A stretch of DNA of 25,004 nt from Promethearchaeota archaeon (GCA_048938005.1 JBHLMQ010000027.1:16772-41775); one strand, 5' to 3'. Shown: positions 1 to 9,870, counted from the first letter of the stretch. Made by a program: numbers and translations. Notes: generated from the letters alone by a model not told the origin.

Positions 1-20
1 TTAAATAAGAACTTATAGTG

Positions 21-77
21 ATTCAAGTTAAATTATTATATAATAATAAATCAATCATATTATAATATAGGAAAATT
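21..77 (+). repeat. Imperfect direct repeat, copy A (partner at 776-832)
   Basis: ATTCAAGTTAAATTATTATATAATAATAAATCAATCATATTATAATATAGGAAAATT aligns without gaps to 776-832 with 47/57 identities by manual count. The AT-richness lowers the significance. Confidence 0.7.
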
Positions 78-225
78 CAAAACAAATTTCGAAGAAGCCT
101 TTATTAATAATACTATTATTCCTAAGAATAGAAAAAAAGACAGTAAACTAAATGCAGGAATGATATTTGGTATTCCTATTTTCCAACGGTCTAATCCTGC
201 TGAGAGTAGGGACTGTTAGGTGAAT

Positions 226-651
226 TCAACATTCATTTAATATAGAACTAATCAGTATCAATTTATCATCTATTAATTGGATATTTTCATCATCATTTCC
301 GAATTTTTTATGAAAAAACCAATAATAAGGTTCTTTTGAAAGTGTCTCATCATCAGGGACGGGGCCTTCCCAATCCGCACCTGAATCATAATACTTTATC
401 TCAGAAACTAAAATGTAGTAATCATCTATATAATCTTTGACATCTACGTCATAAAAACTCTTCCAAGTTTCAACGTTATAATTTTCGAGTGAAAACATTA
501 TTGCCTCATCATGATTGATACCAAGCTTCTCAAATAACATACCTAAATGTTTTCTTATAGATCTTTTTAAATCCAATTCATCATTAATTACATCATCGAT
601 TAATTCTTTCTTTAGCGCCAAAATAACTGTTGAAGAAGTCTCTACTGGCAT
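226..651 (-). CDS. Hypothetical acidic protein (141 aa)
   Basis: ATG-started ORF with D/E/Y-rich protein-like composition and no recognisable motif. It lies between the two repeat copies. Confidence 0.7.
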   Translation of the reverse strand: MPVETSSTVILALKKELIDDVINDELDLKRSIRKHLGMLFEKLGINHDEAIMFSLENYNVETWKSFYDVDVKDYIDDYYILVSEIKYYDSGADWEGPVPDDETLSKEPYYWFFHKKFGNDDENIQLIDDKLILISSILNEC

Positions 652-775
652 AATTATATATTTTTATTTTTGGTTTTTGTCTTAATTTATAGTGATTATA
701 AATATATATAAATTTTTTTGCACTAGTGTCATGCCCAACTCTAAAAAATATAGGTAGTTCTAAAACTTAGATAAG

Positions 776-832
776 AATCAAGTTAAATTATAATATAATA
801 TTATATCAATAATATTATAATAATTGAAAATT
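776..832 (+). repeat. Imperfect direct repeat, copy B; probable promoter region of the acyl-CoA ligase gene
   Basis: Matches 21-77, contains TATA-like TTATAATATATAA, and ends about 45 bp upstream of ATG 878. Confidence 0.65.
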
Positions 833-877
833 AATCTTCATTTTAGAAAAAATGTTATAAGTAGAAGTGATTTGAAT

Positions 878-2749
878 ATGCCGAGTTTAAGCGATCCAGA
901 ATTTTTAGTAGATGAAAATAAAGTATGGTTTATACCTCCTAAAGAGGGAGGTTATTGGCCTGAAGGAGTTCCAAAACAAGCAAAAGATGTTGAGGGTATG
1001 GCAATCTTATCTACTTGGAAAAGTTGGTTAAAAGCTGTAGATGATTATGGAATTTTAGATTATGACATTTGCATCTTTGTATACGGTTCATATATAGAAC
1101 GTGTAAAATTGCGAACTTTATTTGATTATGCAAAAAAGTTTGGAACATTTCTTTATAACAAGTTAGGAATTAGAAAAGGCGATGTGGTTGCAATTGATTT
1201 ACCAAATTCCATTAATTTTGTTGTTGCATTTATGGGTTGTCAATATATAGGCGCTATTGTACAAGGGATCAACCCTACATACAGACCTATGGAACTTCTT
1301 CACTGCTTAACAATGACTAAACCAAAAGTTTTTGTTATGATGGATATGTTATATATTGCAGGGCCTAAAGATATCCTCCCCCAAACAAGTGTAAAGTATG
1401 TAATACCTACAAATTTTGTCGACTTTTTTACTGCTGATGAACAAACAATAGAACAATTAGGAGTTCCAAATGCAAAGGATAAGATACCTGATGAAACAGA
1501 GGATTATAAAGTCTTTTGGATGAAAGAAATAATTGATAATACGGAACCAGAAGAATTTGAAGTCGATATTGAACCTTGGACTGATCCTGCTGTTTATTTA
1601 ATGACAGGAGGAACTACTGGACTACCAAAAGTAGCTATGCTTAGCCATGCTAACTTAGTTATTGATTTAAACATGGTTAAACCCTATGTAAATTTAAAGC
1701 CAGGAATGGTAACTATAGGAAGTATTCCGTTTTTCCATAGTTTTGGAATGACTTGTGTAATGATGGGCGCACTTAGTTTAGGAATGCAGATGCTTCTCTT
1801 TCCAAAACCACCCACCGATGATGTTCTCTGCGAAGCTATCAATAAAATTGATACACCTCAAGGAATATTATATCTTGGAGTGGAAATGTTATTTAAGAGA
1901 TTAACTGACTTTGTACATAGTCTTGGAGTAGAAGAATTTAAAAAGAAATATGATTTTTGGAAGAAATTAACTTATGCAAATTCAGCAGCAGGACCACTAC
2001 ATGATTACGTTCGCATACCGTTCGAAGAAATTTTTTGCCCAATCAGAGAAGGATATGGTTTGACAGAAACTTCGCCTATTCATAGTGTAGCTCCCTACTG
2101 GGGTCCATTTAAAACTGGAAAATTAGGATTACCTATTCCTGGAGCTGACTGGGCTATATTTGACTCAGAAAATTTTGAAGCAGGACCTATATGCGATGGG
2201 ACAAAAGAAAGAGGAAATTTTGGAGTTGAACATACAGGTGAAATTTGCATTGCTGGTCCACATGTAATGTTAGGTTATTTAGGAGTTCAAAAAGAACAAG
2301 AAGACAACTTAAAATATTGGGGAGGAAAACGGTGGTTACTAACCGGAGATATTGGATTTATGGATGAGCATGGTTTTGTAGAAATCCGAGACCGAAAAAA
2401 GTCATTAATAAAAGTCTCGGGTCATTCTGTATTTCCAAAAGAAGTTGAACAACTTATGGGCAATCACGAAATGGTTGATGAAGTAGCTGTAGCTGGGCTT
2501 CCAGACGAAATGACTGGAGAAGCCGTGAAAGCATGGGTTATACTTAAAAAGGGCTTTAAAGCTGATAGAGACATTACAAGTGACCAATTAAAAGAATGGT
2601 GCCTAAACAATATGGCTAAATGGAAATCACCCAAATATATTGAATTTGCGCGAAAACTACCAGTTAGTATGACGGGTAAAGTTCAGAGACGTGAACTTCA
2701 AGAAAAAGATCTGGCTAAACTCAAAGATGGAAAACCAATAAAAGGATAA
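878..2749 (+). CDS. fadD: Long-chain fatty acid--CoA ligase (AMP-binding/ANL superfamily)
   Basis: Motifs YLMTGGTTGLPK, GYGLTE, TGDIG, DRKK and C-terminal GKVQRREL. ATG 878 (MPSLSDPEF) is preferred over TTG 824, which lies inside the promoter-like repeat. Substrate is not proven. Confidence 0.88.
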   Translation: MPSLSDPEFLVDENKVWFIPPKEGGYWPEGVPKQAKDVEGMAILSTWKSWLKAVDDYGILDYDICIFVYGSYIERVKLRTLFDYAKKFGTFLYNKLGIRKGDVVAIDLPNSINFVVAFMGCQYIGAIVQGINPTYRPMELLHCLTMTKPKVFVMMDMLYIAGPKDILPQTSVKYVIPTNFVDFFTADEQTIEQLGVPNAKDKIPDETEDYKVFWMKEIIDNTEPEEFEVDIEPWTDPAVYLMTGGTTGLPKVAMLSHANLVIDLNMVKPYVNLKPGMVTIGSIPFFHSFGMTCVMMGALSLGMQMLLFPKPPTDDVLCEAINKIDTPQGILYLGVEMLFKRLTDFVHSLGVEEFKKKYDFWKKLTYANSAAGPLHDYVRIPFEEIFCPIREGYGLTETSPIHSVAPYWGPFKTGKLGLPIPGADWAIFDSENFEAGPICDGTKERGNFGVEHTGEICIAGPHVMLGYLGVQKEQEDNLKYWGGKRWLLTGDIGFMDEHGFVEIRDRKKSLIKVSGHSVFPKEVEQLMGNHEMVDEVAVAGLPDEMTGEAVKAWVILKKGFKADRDITSDQLKEWCLNNMAKWKSPKYIEFARKLPVSMTGKVQRRELQEKDLAKLKDGKPIKG

Positions 2750-2790
2750 ATAAATTTTATTTTTTTTTCTTATTTTTTATTTTTTTTATT
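2750..2790. terminator. Oligo-T tract between convergent genes
   Basis: Several runs of T directly after the ligase stop codon, typical of archaeal U-rich terminators. Confidence 0.5.
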
Positions 2791-4416
2791 TTAAGCATTT
2801 AAACGCTTATACGTCTTTCTCATAATTTTATAGATATTTAGATATTCTTCAAAGAGTCTATCATAAGTTTCTCTATTTGCTGGATTGGGTGTGAAAACGT
2901 TTGAAATCTCGCAGCACCTATGAATTTCATCCCATTTAAGGTATCCCAGTCCTACCGAAGCTATAAATGCAGCACCCCGAGCATTTGCCTGAATAGGATC
3001 TTTTACTTGTTTCACTGTTCTATTAAGAACATCGGCAAAAATCTGACACCATATATTGCTCTGAGCTCCGCCTCCAATCATATTTACTTCCGGAACAACA
3101 ACCTGATTTTTCATCCTCTCACCTCGTTCTTTTTTAACAAACTTCTTTATTAGATTCTCAACGCATGTAAAAACCCATTTAACATTATACGCTACACCTT
3201 CAAATATTGACCTTATTAAATGTTCTCGTGACATTTCTAACGATATATTATATAAACCCCCACGTATTGTATGATCATCAATAGGACATCTTTCCCCGAT
3301 TAACCATGGAGTAAAAATAAGATTATTTGAACCTGCTGGAACATTTTCTACAATTTTATCGAATATTTTATAAACATCAGGCATAGCTTCTTCTTTCAAA
3401 AGTTCATCTTTATGATACAAAATTCTATCTCTTAAAAAGGACAAAGTACCCCCAGCTATTTCTTGTTCATTAACTATCATATATCTTCCTGGAATCCCAG
3501 ATGCAACTGATCCAATATTATGAAACATATCTTCTTTTTTAAAAGGAATATGGCAAATTACCCAATCGGAGGTACCTATATAAATATGGGTTTCATAATC
3601 CCTAACAGCACCGGATCCTATTGCTGCCGCTGGTACATCCGCCGCTCCAGCAATCACTTTAGTGCTTTTGTCTAATCCTAAGGTATCAGCTACTTCATTG
3701 GTTATAGTACCTATTATATCTGTAGAATTTACTAATTCGGCTGGTAATTTATTCTTTTCAAGCTTTGCCATTCTAATTAATTTATTTGAATATTTAATAT
3801 TATTAATGTCCCTAATATCTGTTAGCCAATTAAGACCTATAGTTGTATAAGAAGAAGCAAACTTACCAGTTAATTTGAGATTTATATAATCTTGTGGTTC
3901 TAAGAAATTATAAGTTTTTTCATAGATATCTGGGTGTTCGTGTTTTATCCATAACATATGAGCGATTGGATCCTTTCCGCTCAAAGTTGGAGCTCCACCA
4001 GTTCTTTTTAACCATATAAGGGCTTTTCTTATATTGTAACCTGAAAATTTCAATAAGCCTTTATGAAGTTTTTTTACATAGGGAGCTCCTCGAGTATCCA
4101 TCCAAATAATAGCATTCATTAAATGATTTCCATCCTTATCAACGGCAACTGTGCCACTCCATTGGCTTGTATTACAAACACCTACAATATCGTCAACAGA
4201 TACTCGCCCGTTATCGATTACTCTCTTGGAAGTTTTAATTATTGCATTCCACCAATCATCAGGATCTTGTTCTACTCCCCCACCCTTGTAAACATGAAGA
4301 GGTACTTCTTCAAATGCCCAATCAACTACTTCCCCTTGTGTTGAGACAATTGCGCTTTTAGGACCTCCAGTCCCATGATCAATTGCTAAAATATATTTTT
4401 TTTGTGCATCTAACAT
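2791..4416 (-). CDS. FGGY-family carbohydrate kinase (xylulokinase-like)
   Basis: N-terminal AIDHGTGGPK, EQDPDDWW, IIWMDTRG, PWLIGERCP, EGVAYN, IGGGAQS and QIFADVL motifs. Confidence 0.9.
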   Translation of the reverse strand: MLDAQKKYILAIDHGTGGPKSAIVSTQGEVVDWAFEEVPLHVYKGGGVEQDPDDWWNAIIKTSKRVIDNGRVSVDDIVGVCNTSQWSGTVAVDKDGNHLMNAIIWMDTRGAPYVKKLHKGLLKFSGYNIRKALIWLKRTGGAPTLSGKDPIAHMLWIKHEHPDIYEKTYNFLEPQDYINLKLTGKFASSYTTIGLNWLTDIRDINNIKYSNKLIRMAKLEKNKLPAELVNSTDIIGTITNEVADTLGLDKSTKVIAGAADVPAAAIGSGAVRDYETHIYIGTSDWVICHIPFKKEDMFHNIGSVASGIPGRYMIVNEQEIAGGTLSFLRDRILYHKDELLKEEAMPDVYKIFDKIVENVPAGSNNLIFTPWLIGERCPIDDHTIRGGLYNISLEMSREHLIRSIFEGVAYNVKWVFTCVENLIKKFVKKERGERMKNQVVVPEVNMIGGGAQSNIWCQIFADVLNRTVKQVKDPIQANARGAAFIASVGLGYLKWDEIHRCCEISNVFTPNPANRETYDRLFEEYLNIYKIMRKTYKRLNA

Positions 4417-4565
4417 ATTTAATATAAATGTTGTTAATGTAAATAAAGATTCTCAGAGCGAAATCTCCAAAATTCTCTTTATTCATTAAATAAAAAAACT
4501 TAATTTTTGATGTTACAATTTATTAATTAATTTAGTTACCAAAACATTACTAATTTTGATTTAAT

Positions 4566-5975
4566 ATGAGCAGTATGAAATATGAAGAAATGAAAGCTAA
4601 GATTGAAAACATTGTTAGTCAGCCACTCAGAGAATTCAAACCCAAAGAATTAGAAGAAATTGTAAAAAGGTATGAAAAAAATCATGTAAAATCAAAGGAA
4701 GCATTTGAGAGAGCCCAAAAAATCATCCCAGGAGGAGTAGAACATAATCTGGCCTTTAATTATCCTTTTCCCCTAACCAGCAAGCGGGTATTTGATTGTT
4801 TTATGGAGACGCTTGATAATATCATCTTAACAGACTTTCTCATGGATGGGGGCCCCATAATTTTAGGACATAATTATCCAAAATTTACAGAAAAAGTAAT
4901 AAATGTCATAAAGGAATCAGCACCCTGTCATGGAATAACTAGCGAATATGAATATTTAGCTGCTGAAGAACTACAGAAATATTTTCCTTCCTGTGAACGA
5001 ATAAGGTGGCTTCAAAGTGGTACAGAAACAAATATGTTAGCTATACGAGTTGCCCGTGTATTTACAGGAAAAAAACATATTATAAAAGTGGGGGGGAGTT
5101 ATCATGGGTGGTCGGATCAGCTGGTTTATGATTTGCATATACCTGGAACGAAAAGAAATGAAGCACATGGGATTCCTAGGGAGATTTTTAAATATATAGA
5201 TGCAGTTCCTCCAAATGATATTGATGCTTTGAGACAAATATTTAAGGAAAAGAAAAAAGTTGCTGCTGTAATTTTGGAACCGATGGGAGGAGAGAGCGGA
5301 GCTATTCCAGTGCGCCCAGGATTCAATAAGGAAGTAGAAGAACTTTGTCATGAAACTGATACGATACTTATTTCCGATGAGGTTGTATGTGCTTTTAGAC
5401 TGCATATGGGTGGTGGCCAAGCTTATTTTGGTTATACTCCAGATCTTTCTGTATTTGGGAAAATTGTAGGTCATGGCTATCCTTCAGCGGCAGCATTAGG
5501 CGGAAGAGCGGATATCATGGCAACTGTCGCAGCTGGAGTAGGAGGAGGGGCAAAAAGAGCATATTGTGGGGGAACACTAGCAGCTAATCCTCTAACTTGT
5601 GCCGCAGCATATTGGGCTATTAAAATTGTTAAAGAGACTAATGCGACTGAAATTGCAGGAAAAGCAGCAACGAGACTCTCTAATGGATTGAATAATGTAT
5701 TCGAAAAATATAATTTACCATGGTTTTCCTACAATTTTGGTGGAACTGTCCATTTTCATACTTCATGTGTTTTTGGTATCGATATAACAAATCCACAACA
5801 AGCTCCTTACGTTAAAGAACGTAAAGAATTTATGGAGCAGATGGGTGCTGCTTTAGTAGATCAAGAGTTAATTTCTGTAGCAGGAAGTAGATTTTATACA
5901 TGTATCCTCCACACAGATAAAATAATTGATGAAACAATTCAAAAAATTGAAAAGATTTGCCAGAAAATTGAATAA
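4566..5975 (+). CDS. Class III PLP-dependent aminotransferase (GSA-aminomutase-like subfamily)
   Basis: IIPGGV, SGTE, GSYHGWSD, ILEP, DEVVCAFR, PDLSVFGKIVGHG (PLP lysine) and GGTLAANP. Confidence 0.9.
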   Translation: MSSMKYEEMKAKIENIVSQPLREFKPKELEEIVKRYEKNHVKSKEAFERAQKIIPGGVEHNLAFNYPFPLTSKRVFDCFMETLDNIILTDFLMDGGPIILGHNYPKFTEKVINVIKESAPCHGITSEYEYLAAEELQKYFPSCERIRWLQSGTETNMLAIRVARVFTGKKHIIKVGGSYHGWSDQLVYDLHIPGTKRNEAHGIPREIFKYIDAVPPNDIDALRQIFKEKKKVAAVILEPMGGESGAIPVRPGFNKEVEELCHETDTILISDEVVCAFRLHMGGGQAYFGYTPDLSVFGKIVGHGYPSAAALGGRADIMATVAAGVGGGAKRAYCGGTLAANPLTCAAAYWAIKIVKETNATEIAGKAATRLSNGLNNVFEKYNLPWFSYNFGGTVHFHTSCVFGIDITNPQQAPYVKERKEFMEQMGAALVDQELISVAGSRFYTCILHTDKIIDETIQKIEKICQKIE

Positions 5976-5978
5976 AGC

Positions 5979-7247
5979 TTAAACTTCGAAAGCCCATTCT
6001 CCATTTCTCATTATTGGCTCGGCTTTCTCTCCTTCAGTTATTCCATTAACATCCAAATTTTTTGAACCTATCATAAAATCGATGTGTATTTTACTGTAAT
6101 TTCCTCCCACTGCTGCGAATTCCTCATCAGTCATCATTAAACCGTTCTTTATTCCAAGTCTTAAACCTTTCCCAAAGGCTAAATGACAAGAAGCATTTTC
6201 ATCTATAAGAGTATTATAAAAAAGTATATTCATCTGAGATATTGGTGAGCTATGTGGAACTAAAGCTACTTCCCCTAATCGGGATGCTCCTTCATCAGTT
6301 TTGATGAAGTTGTGAAGAAATTCCTCACCCTTTTTTGACACTGCTTCTGTAATTTTCCCCTCTGTAAATGTCAATTTAAAATCCTCGATTAAACTTTCTG
6401 CATAATACAGAGGTTTTGTTGCGGTTACGAAACCCTCTGTTTTATCTTTATGTGGTGTAGTATAAACCTCTTCAGTTGGCACATTTATTGCATGTTCTAT
6501 GCCATTTTGTGTAGTCATATAAGCACTTGCCCACGAATGATCCTTGGGTAAACCAATTGTTAAATTTGTTCCTGGTGCGTTAAATTTCAAGGCTGAATAT
6601 TGCTTATGGGTGAGATAATTTTGTCTTGCTTTAAGCTGATTAACATGGTTTCTCCAGGCAGAAATCGGATCTTCTTGATCTACTCGACACATCTTAAAAA
6701 TCATATCCCATAATTTTTCTTTTCGTTTTTCTTGTGGAAAATCAGGAAAGATCTTATTTGCCCATCCTTCAACAGGACCAGCTATATAAGAAAAATTAGT
6801 TGGACGATTAATCATTAATTTAGATACTGGTTCAGATTCTTTAAAATAAGTGGCTTGGAACAGTTTTATCTTTTCAGGATCTTGTTCAGCAAGTAAATCA
6901 GGATTCCATGCTATAATTGATAGGACGGCATTACCTTCTTCTATGAAGTTATAAAGGAAATCATATTTCCATGTTGGAAATTCGGTGAAAGTATCCAAAG
7001 GAGCATGTTGAAAACGGTTCAACCGTATATTCTCGTCGTACCACCATATATCAACATGTCTAGCTCCATTCTTATAAGCTTTCTCCACAATTTCCCTTAC
7101 TAAAGGAGCTAATTCGATAGAAACGCCAAATGTAAAAGGACCATAAATGCATAATTTTTGTCCAGGTTGGAGATTGAGAGCTACTTTAACTATGACTTCA
7201 GCATATTTTTCTAAATTTTTGTCAAATTCTGAAGACATTGGATTCAC
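5979..7247 (-). CDS. Aminopeptidase II / M29 metallo-aminopeptidase (AmpS/AmpT-like)
   Basis: NVPTEEVYTTP, LGEVALV, YNTLIDENASCHLAFG and HIDFMIG metal-ligand motifs. The start may be ATG 7238 rather than GTG 7247. Confidence 0.92.
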   Translation of the reverse strand: MNPMSSEFDKNLEKYAEVIVKVALNLQPGQKLCIYGPFTFGVSIELAPLVREIVEKAYKNGARHVDIWWYDENIRLNRFQHAPLDTFTEFPTWKYDFLYNFIEEGNAVLSIIAWNPDLLAEQDPEKIKLFQATYFKESEPVSKLMINRPTNFSYIAGPVEGWANKIFPDFPQEKRKEKLWDMIFKMCRVDQEDPISAWRNHVNQLKARQNYLTHKQYSALKFNAPGTNLTIGLPKDHSWASAYMTTQNGIEHAINVPTEEVYTTPHKDKTEGFVTATKPLYYAESLIEDFKLTFTEGKITEAVSKKGEEFLHNFIKTDEGASRLGEVALVPHSSPISQMNILFYNTLIDENASCHLAFGKGLRLGIKNGLMMTDEEFAAVGGNYSKIHIDFMIGSKNLDVNGITEGEKAEPIMRNGEWAFEV

Positions 7248-7340
7248 ATTATAATTTTTTAACTTTTACCATATATTTTATTTTGCCCCAAATCTTTTTA
7301 AAGCTTATCAATTTCAAATAATTTTCATATTAGATTAAAA

Positions 7341-8366
7341 ATGGGAAAACAAAACGAAATTACTAAACCTTCAGATTTATTTAATAAAGATGGCTCTCTG
7401 GTTCAACGCGGTTGGGCAAGAAAACCAATGTTAAATTACAATAAAGAAAATATTGGAAAAGGATGGCTACGCATTAAAGAATGGGATCACTATTCTATAT
7501 TAAACAAACAATTTGGATTTCAACTTACGATAGGAGATATTGGTTATCTTACCCAAATGAGCTATGTATGGCTTGATTTTGAGAATAAGAAAAGAGATGG
7601 TAAGGGTATCTTTAAATTTTTTACAAAATCAAAGCTTTTACCATTAAGTTCATTAACAGATAGTATTATTAAATTTCCAACTAAAAAGTTTAAAGCAACT
7701 ATAACAAAAAGTAAGAATAAACGTATTCTCTCGATTGAAGATCCTAAATTTCAAGAAAGAGGATTAAAGGGGTCCATTACACTTGAAGACAATCCAAAAA
7801 TGGATAATACAGTGGTCGTGACCGGTTATAAAGAGGATCCGCGACTTTTCTATTATAATCATAAAATTAATTATATACCCGCAGAAGGATCACTTCAAAT
7901 TGGTGATACTTCATATACATTCGAACCTGAAACATCTTTTGGACTTATGGACTGGGGTCGTGGAATATGGCCTTACAAGACACATTGGTTATGGGGTTCG
8001 GCATGTGGAATTGTAAATGGTGTGCCAGTAGCCTTTAATATTGGATATGGTTTTGGAGATTTATCCACCCATACAGAAAATATCATATTTTATGATGGAA
8101 AAGCTCATAAGATTGATGAGGTAGTATTTCACCATCAGAATCGAGATCCTACGAAACCTTGGAAGTTTACCAGTAATGATGATAGATTTAATATGTTTTT
8201 AACACCTCTCATTCCCCATAGAGAGAAACTTAATTTTGGGATTATATCTTTAAATTCCTCATTGCTTCATGGTTTATATGCAGGTGATCTCGTTCTTGAT
8301 AATGGAGAGAAAATTCATATTGAAGATCTGTTAGGACATGCTGAAGATATAATTTGGCGATGGTGA
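7341..8366 (+). CDS. DUF2804-family protein
   Basis: GWAR-P, RIKEWDHY, FYYNHKIN, DWGRGIWPY, NIGYGFGD and TEN..GKAHK resemble DUF2804 members (recognised from memory). Confidence 0.75.
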   Translation: MGKQNEITKPSDLFNKDGSLVQRGWARKPMLNYNKENIGKGWLRIKEWDHYSILNKQFGFQLTIGDIGYLTQMSYVWLDFENKKRDGKGIFKFFTKSKLLPLSSLTDSIIKFPTKKFKATITKSKNKRILSIEDPKFQERGLKGSITLEDNPKMDNTVVVTGYKEDPRLFYYNHKINYIPAEGSLQIGDTSYTFEPETSFGLMDWGRGIWPYKTHWLWGSACGIVNGVPVAFNIGYGFGDLSTHTENIIFYDGKAHKIDEVVFHHQNRDPTKPWKFTSNDDRFNMFLTPLIPHREKLNFGIISLNSSLLHGLYAGDLVLDNGEKIHIEDLLGHAEDIIWRW

Positions 8367-8375
8367 TTTAAAGAC

Positions 8376-9020
8376 TCATCCAATTTCAGATTTAATTAAT
8401 GAAAGTGCATTTTGTGTTAATTTCTTGATCTCTTCAAATTGTCCTGAAGAAATTAAATCTTTTTTTACTATCCAACTACCCCCACATGCAAGAACATTTC
8501 CTAACTTTAAATAATCAATAAAAGAATCGTTATTTATGCCACCAGTAGGTACAAACCTCATTTCAGGATACGGTCCTGCCAAACTTTTGAGCATATTAAT
8601 TCCTCCAGAAAGATTAGCTGGAAAGAATTTCACGACTTTTAAACCTCTATCAAGTGCCCATTCCACCATGGTTGGAGTATTAACACCCGGAATAATTATT
8701 ATTTTGTTGTTTATGCAATAATTAACAACTTTTGGGTTGAAACCTGGTGTAACTATGAATTTTGCTCCCGCATTCATCGCCTTTTTTACTTGCTCGATTT
8801 TTAGTACAGTTCCCGCTCCAACAAGGAGATTTGGAAAATTTTTCGATAAGATAGATATTGACTCTTCAGCAACTTGTGTTCGGAAAGTTACTTCAATAAT
8901 AGGAAGTCCTACGTCAATTAGTGCTTGAGTTAGAGGGATAGCATCGGAAGGATTTTCTATTATAGCAACAGGAATTAATTTTAATTCTTCAATTTTTTTT
9001 ATAATATCTATATAGATCAC
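8376..9020 (-). CDS. eda: KDPG/KHG aldolase, bacterial Eda type
   Basis: IEVTFRT, VGAGTV, GAKFIVTPG, VKFFPA (Schiff-base Lys), PTGGI and GGSWI. GTG start. Confidence 0.93.
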   Translation of the reverse strand: MIYIDIIKKIEELKLIPVAIIENPSDAIPLTQALIDVGLPIIEVTFRTQVAEESISILSKNFPNLLVGAGTVLKIEQVKKAMNAGAKFIVTPGFNPKVVNYCINNKIIIIPGVNTPTMVEWALDRGLKVVKFFPANLSGGINMLKSLAGPYPEMRFVPTGGINNDSFIDYLKLGNVLACGGSWIVKKDLISSGQFEEIKKLTQNALSLIKSEIG

Positions 9021-9114
9021 TTAATTTATTTTTAAGAACTTATAAAAAATAATTTCTAAAAAGATTTATAATTTTTAATAAAATCAAATCCTATAAGATT
9101 TTAGAATTAATAAA

Positions 9115-9870
9115 ATGATTGATGAAGAAAAGCTATCCAAAGCAGCGCAGATAATTAAAAATTCGAATCATATCATAATATTCTCTGGTGCTGGTATATC
9201 TACAGAATCTGGTATCGATGATTTTAGAAGTCCAGGAGGATTATGGGAAAGATACGACCCAGGTATCTATGCGAGTTATCAATATTTCTTGAAAGATCCT
9301 TCTCTTTTCTGGAAAATGCATAAAGAGGTTGAAGATTTAGTTGGTACAGCAAATCCTAATCAAGCTCATCTAGCTATTGCCGAATTAGAAATCATGGGCA
9401 AAGTGAAAGCGATTATTACGCAAAACATTGATATGTTGCACCAAAAAGCGGGAAGTGGAAAATTTGGCGCTAAAATTTACCAATTACATGGTGAGTATGG
9501 GAAACTTCATTGTGTTCAATGTAATAAAGAATTTAATTATGATGAGATAGATACTAAAAATGTAGAATATCCTATATGTGAGTGTTCAGGTTATATCAAA
9601 CCCAAAGTTGTATTATTTGGAGAATCACTCCCTTATGGTGTTTTGGAAGGAGCTATGGATGAGTGTCGTGATGCGGATTGTTTAATTGTAGTAGGAAGTT
9701 CTTTATTAATATCACCAGCAAATTTCATGCCTTCAATTGCAAAGCAATACGGAGCCCAGCTTATTTTTATAAATCGAGAAAATACTATTATGGATGATCT
9801 TGCTGATGTTTTTTTAAAAGGCAGTGCTGGAGAGATATTCACTGAATTATTAAAAAGAGTAAAATCTTAG
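9115..9870 (+). CDS. cobB: NAD-dependent protein deacylase, Sir2 family
   Basis: GAGISTESGIDDFRS, TQNIDMLHQKAG, LHG, Zn ligands CVQC/CEC, KPKVVLFGE and VGSSL. Confidence 0.93.
   Translation: MIDEEKLSKAAQIIKNSNHIIIFSGAGISTESGIDDFRSPGGLWERYDPGIYASYQYFLKDPSLFWKMHKEVEDLVGTANPNQAHLAIAELEIMGKVKAIITQNIDMLHQKAGSGKFGAKIYQLHGEYGKLHCVQCNKEFNYDEIDTKNVEYPICECSGYIKPKVVLFGESLPYGVLEGAMDECRDADCLIVVGSSLLISPANFMPSIAKQYGAQLIFINRENTIMDDLADVFLKGSAGEIFTELLKRVKS

Noticed and set aside
824-877. TTG start at 824 for the ligase
   Set aside because: It lies within the promoter-like repeat. ATG 878 is more plausible.
4566-5975. Calling the aminotransferase hemL
   Set aside because: It has an N-terminal extension, divergent motifs, a sugar-kinase context and no tetrapyrrole genes nearby.
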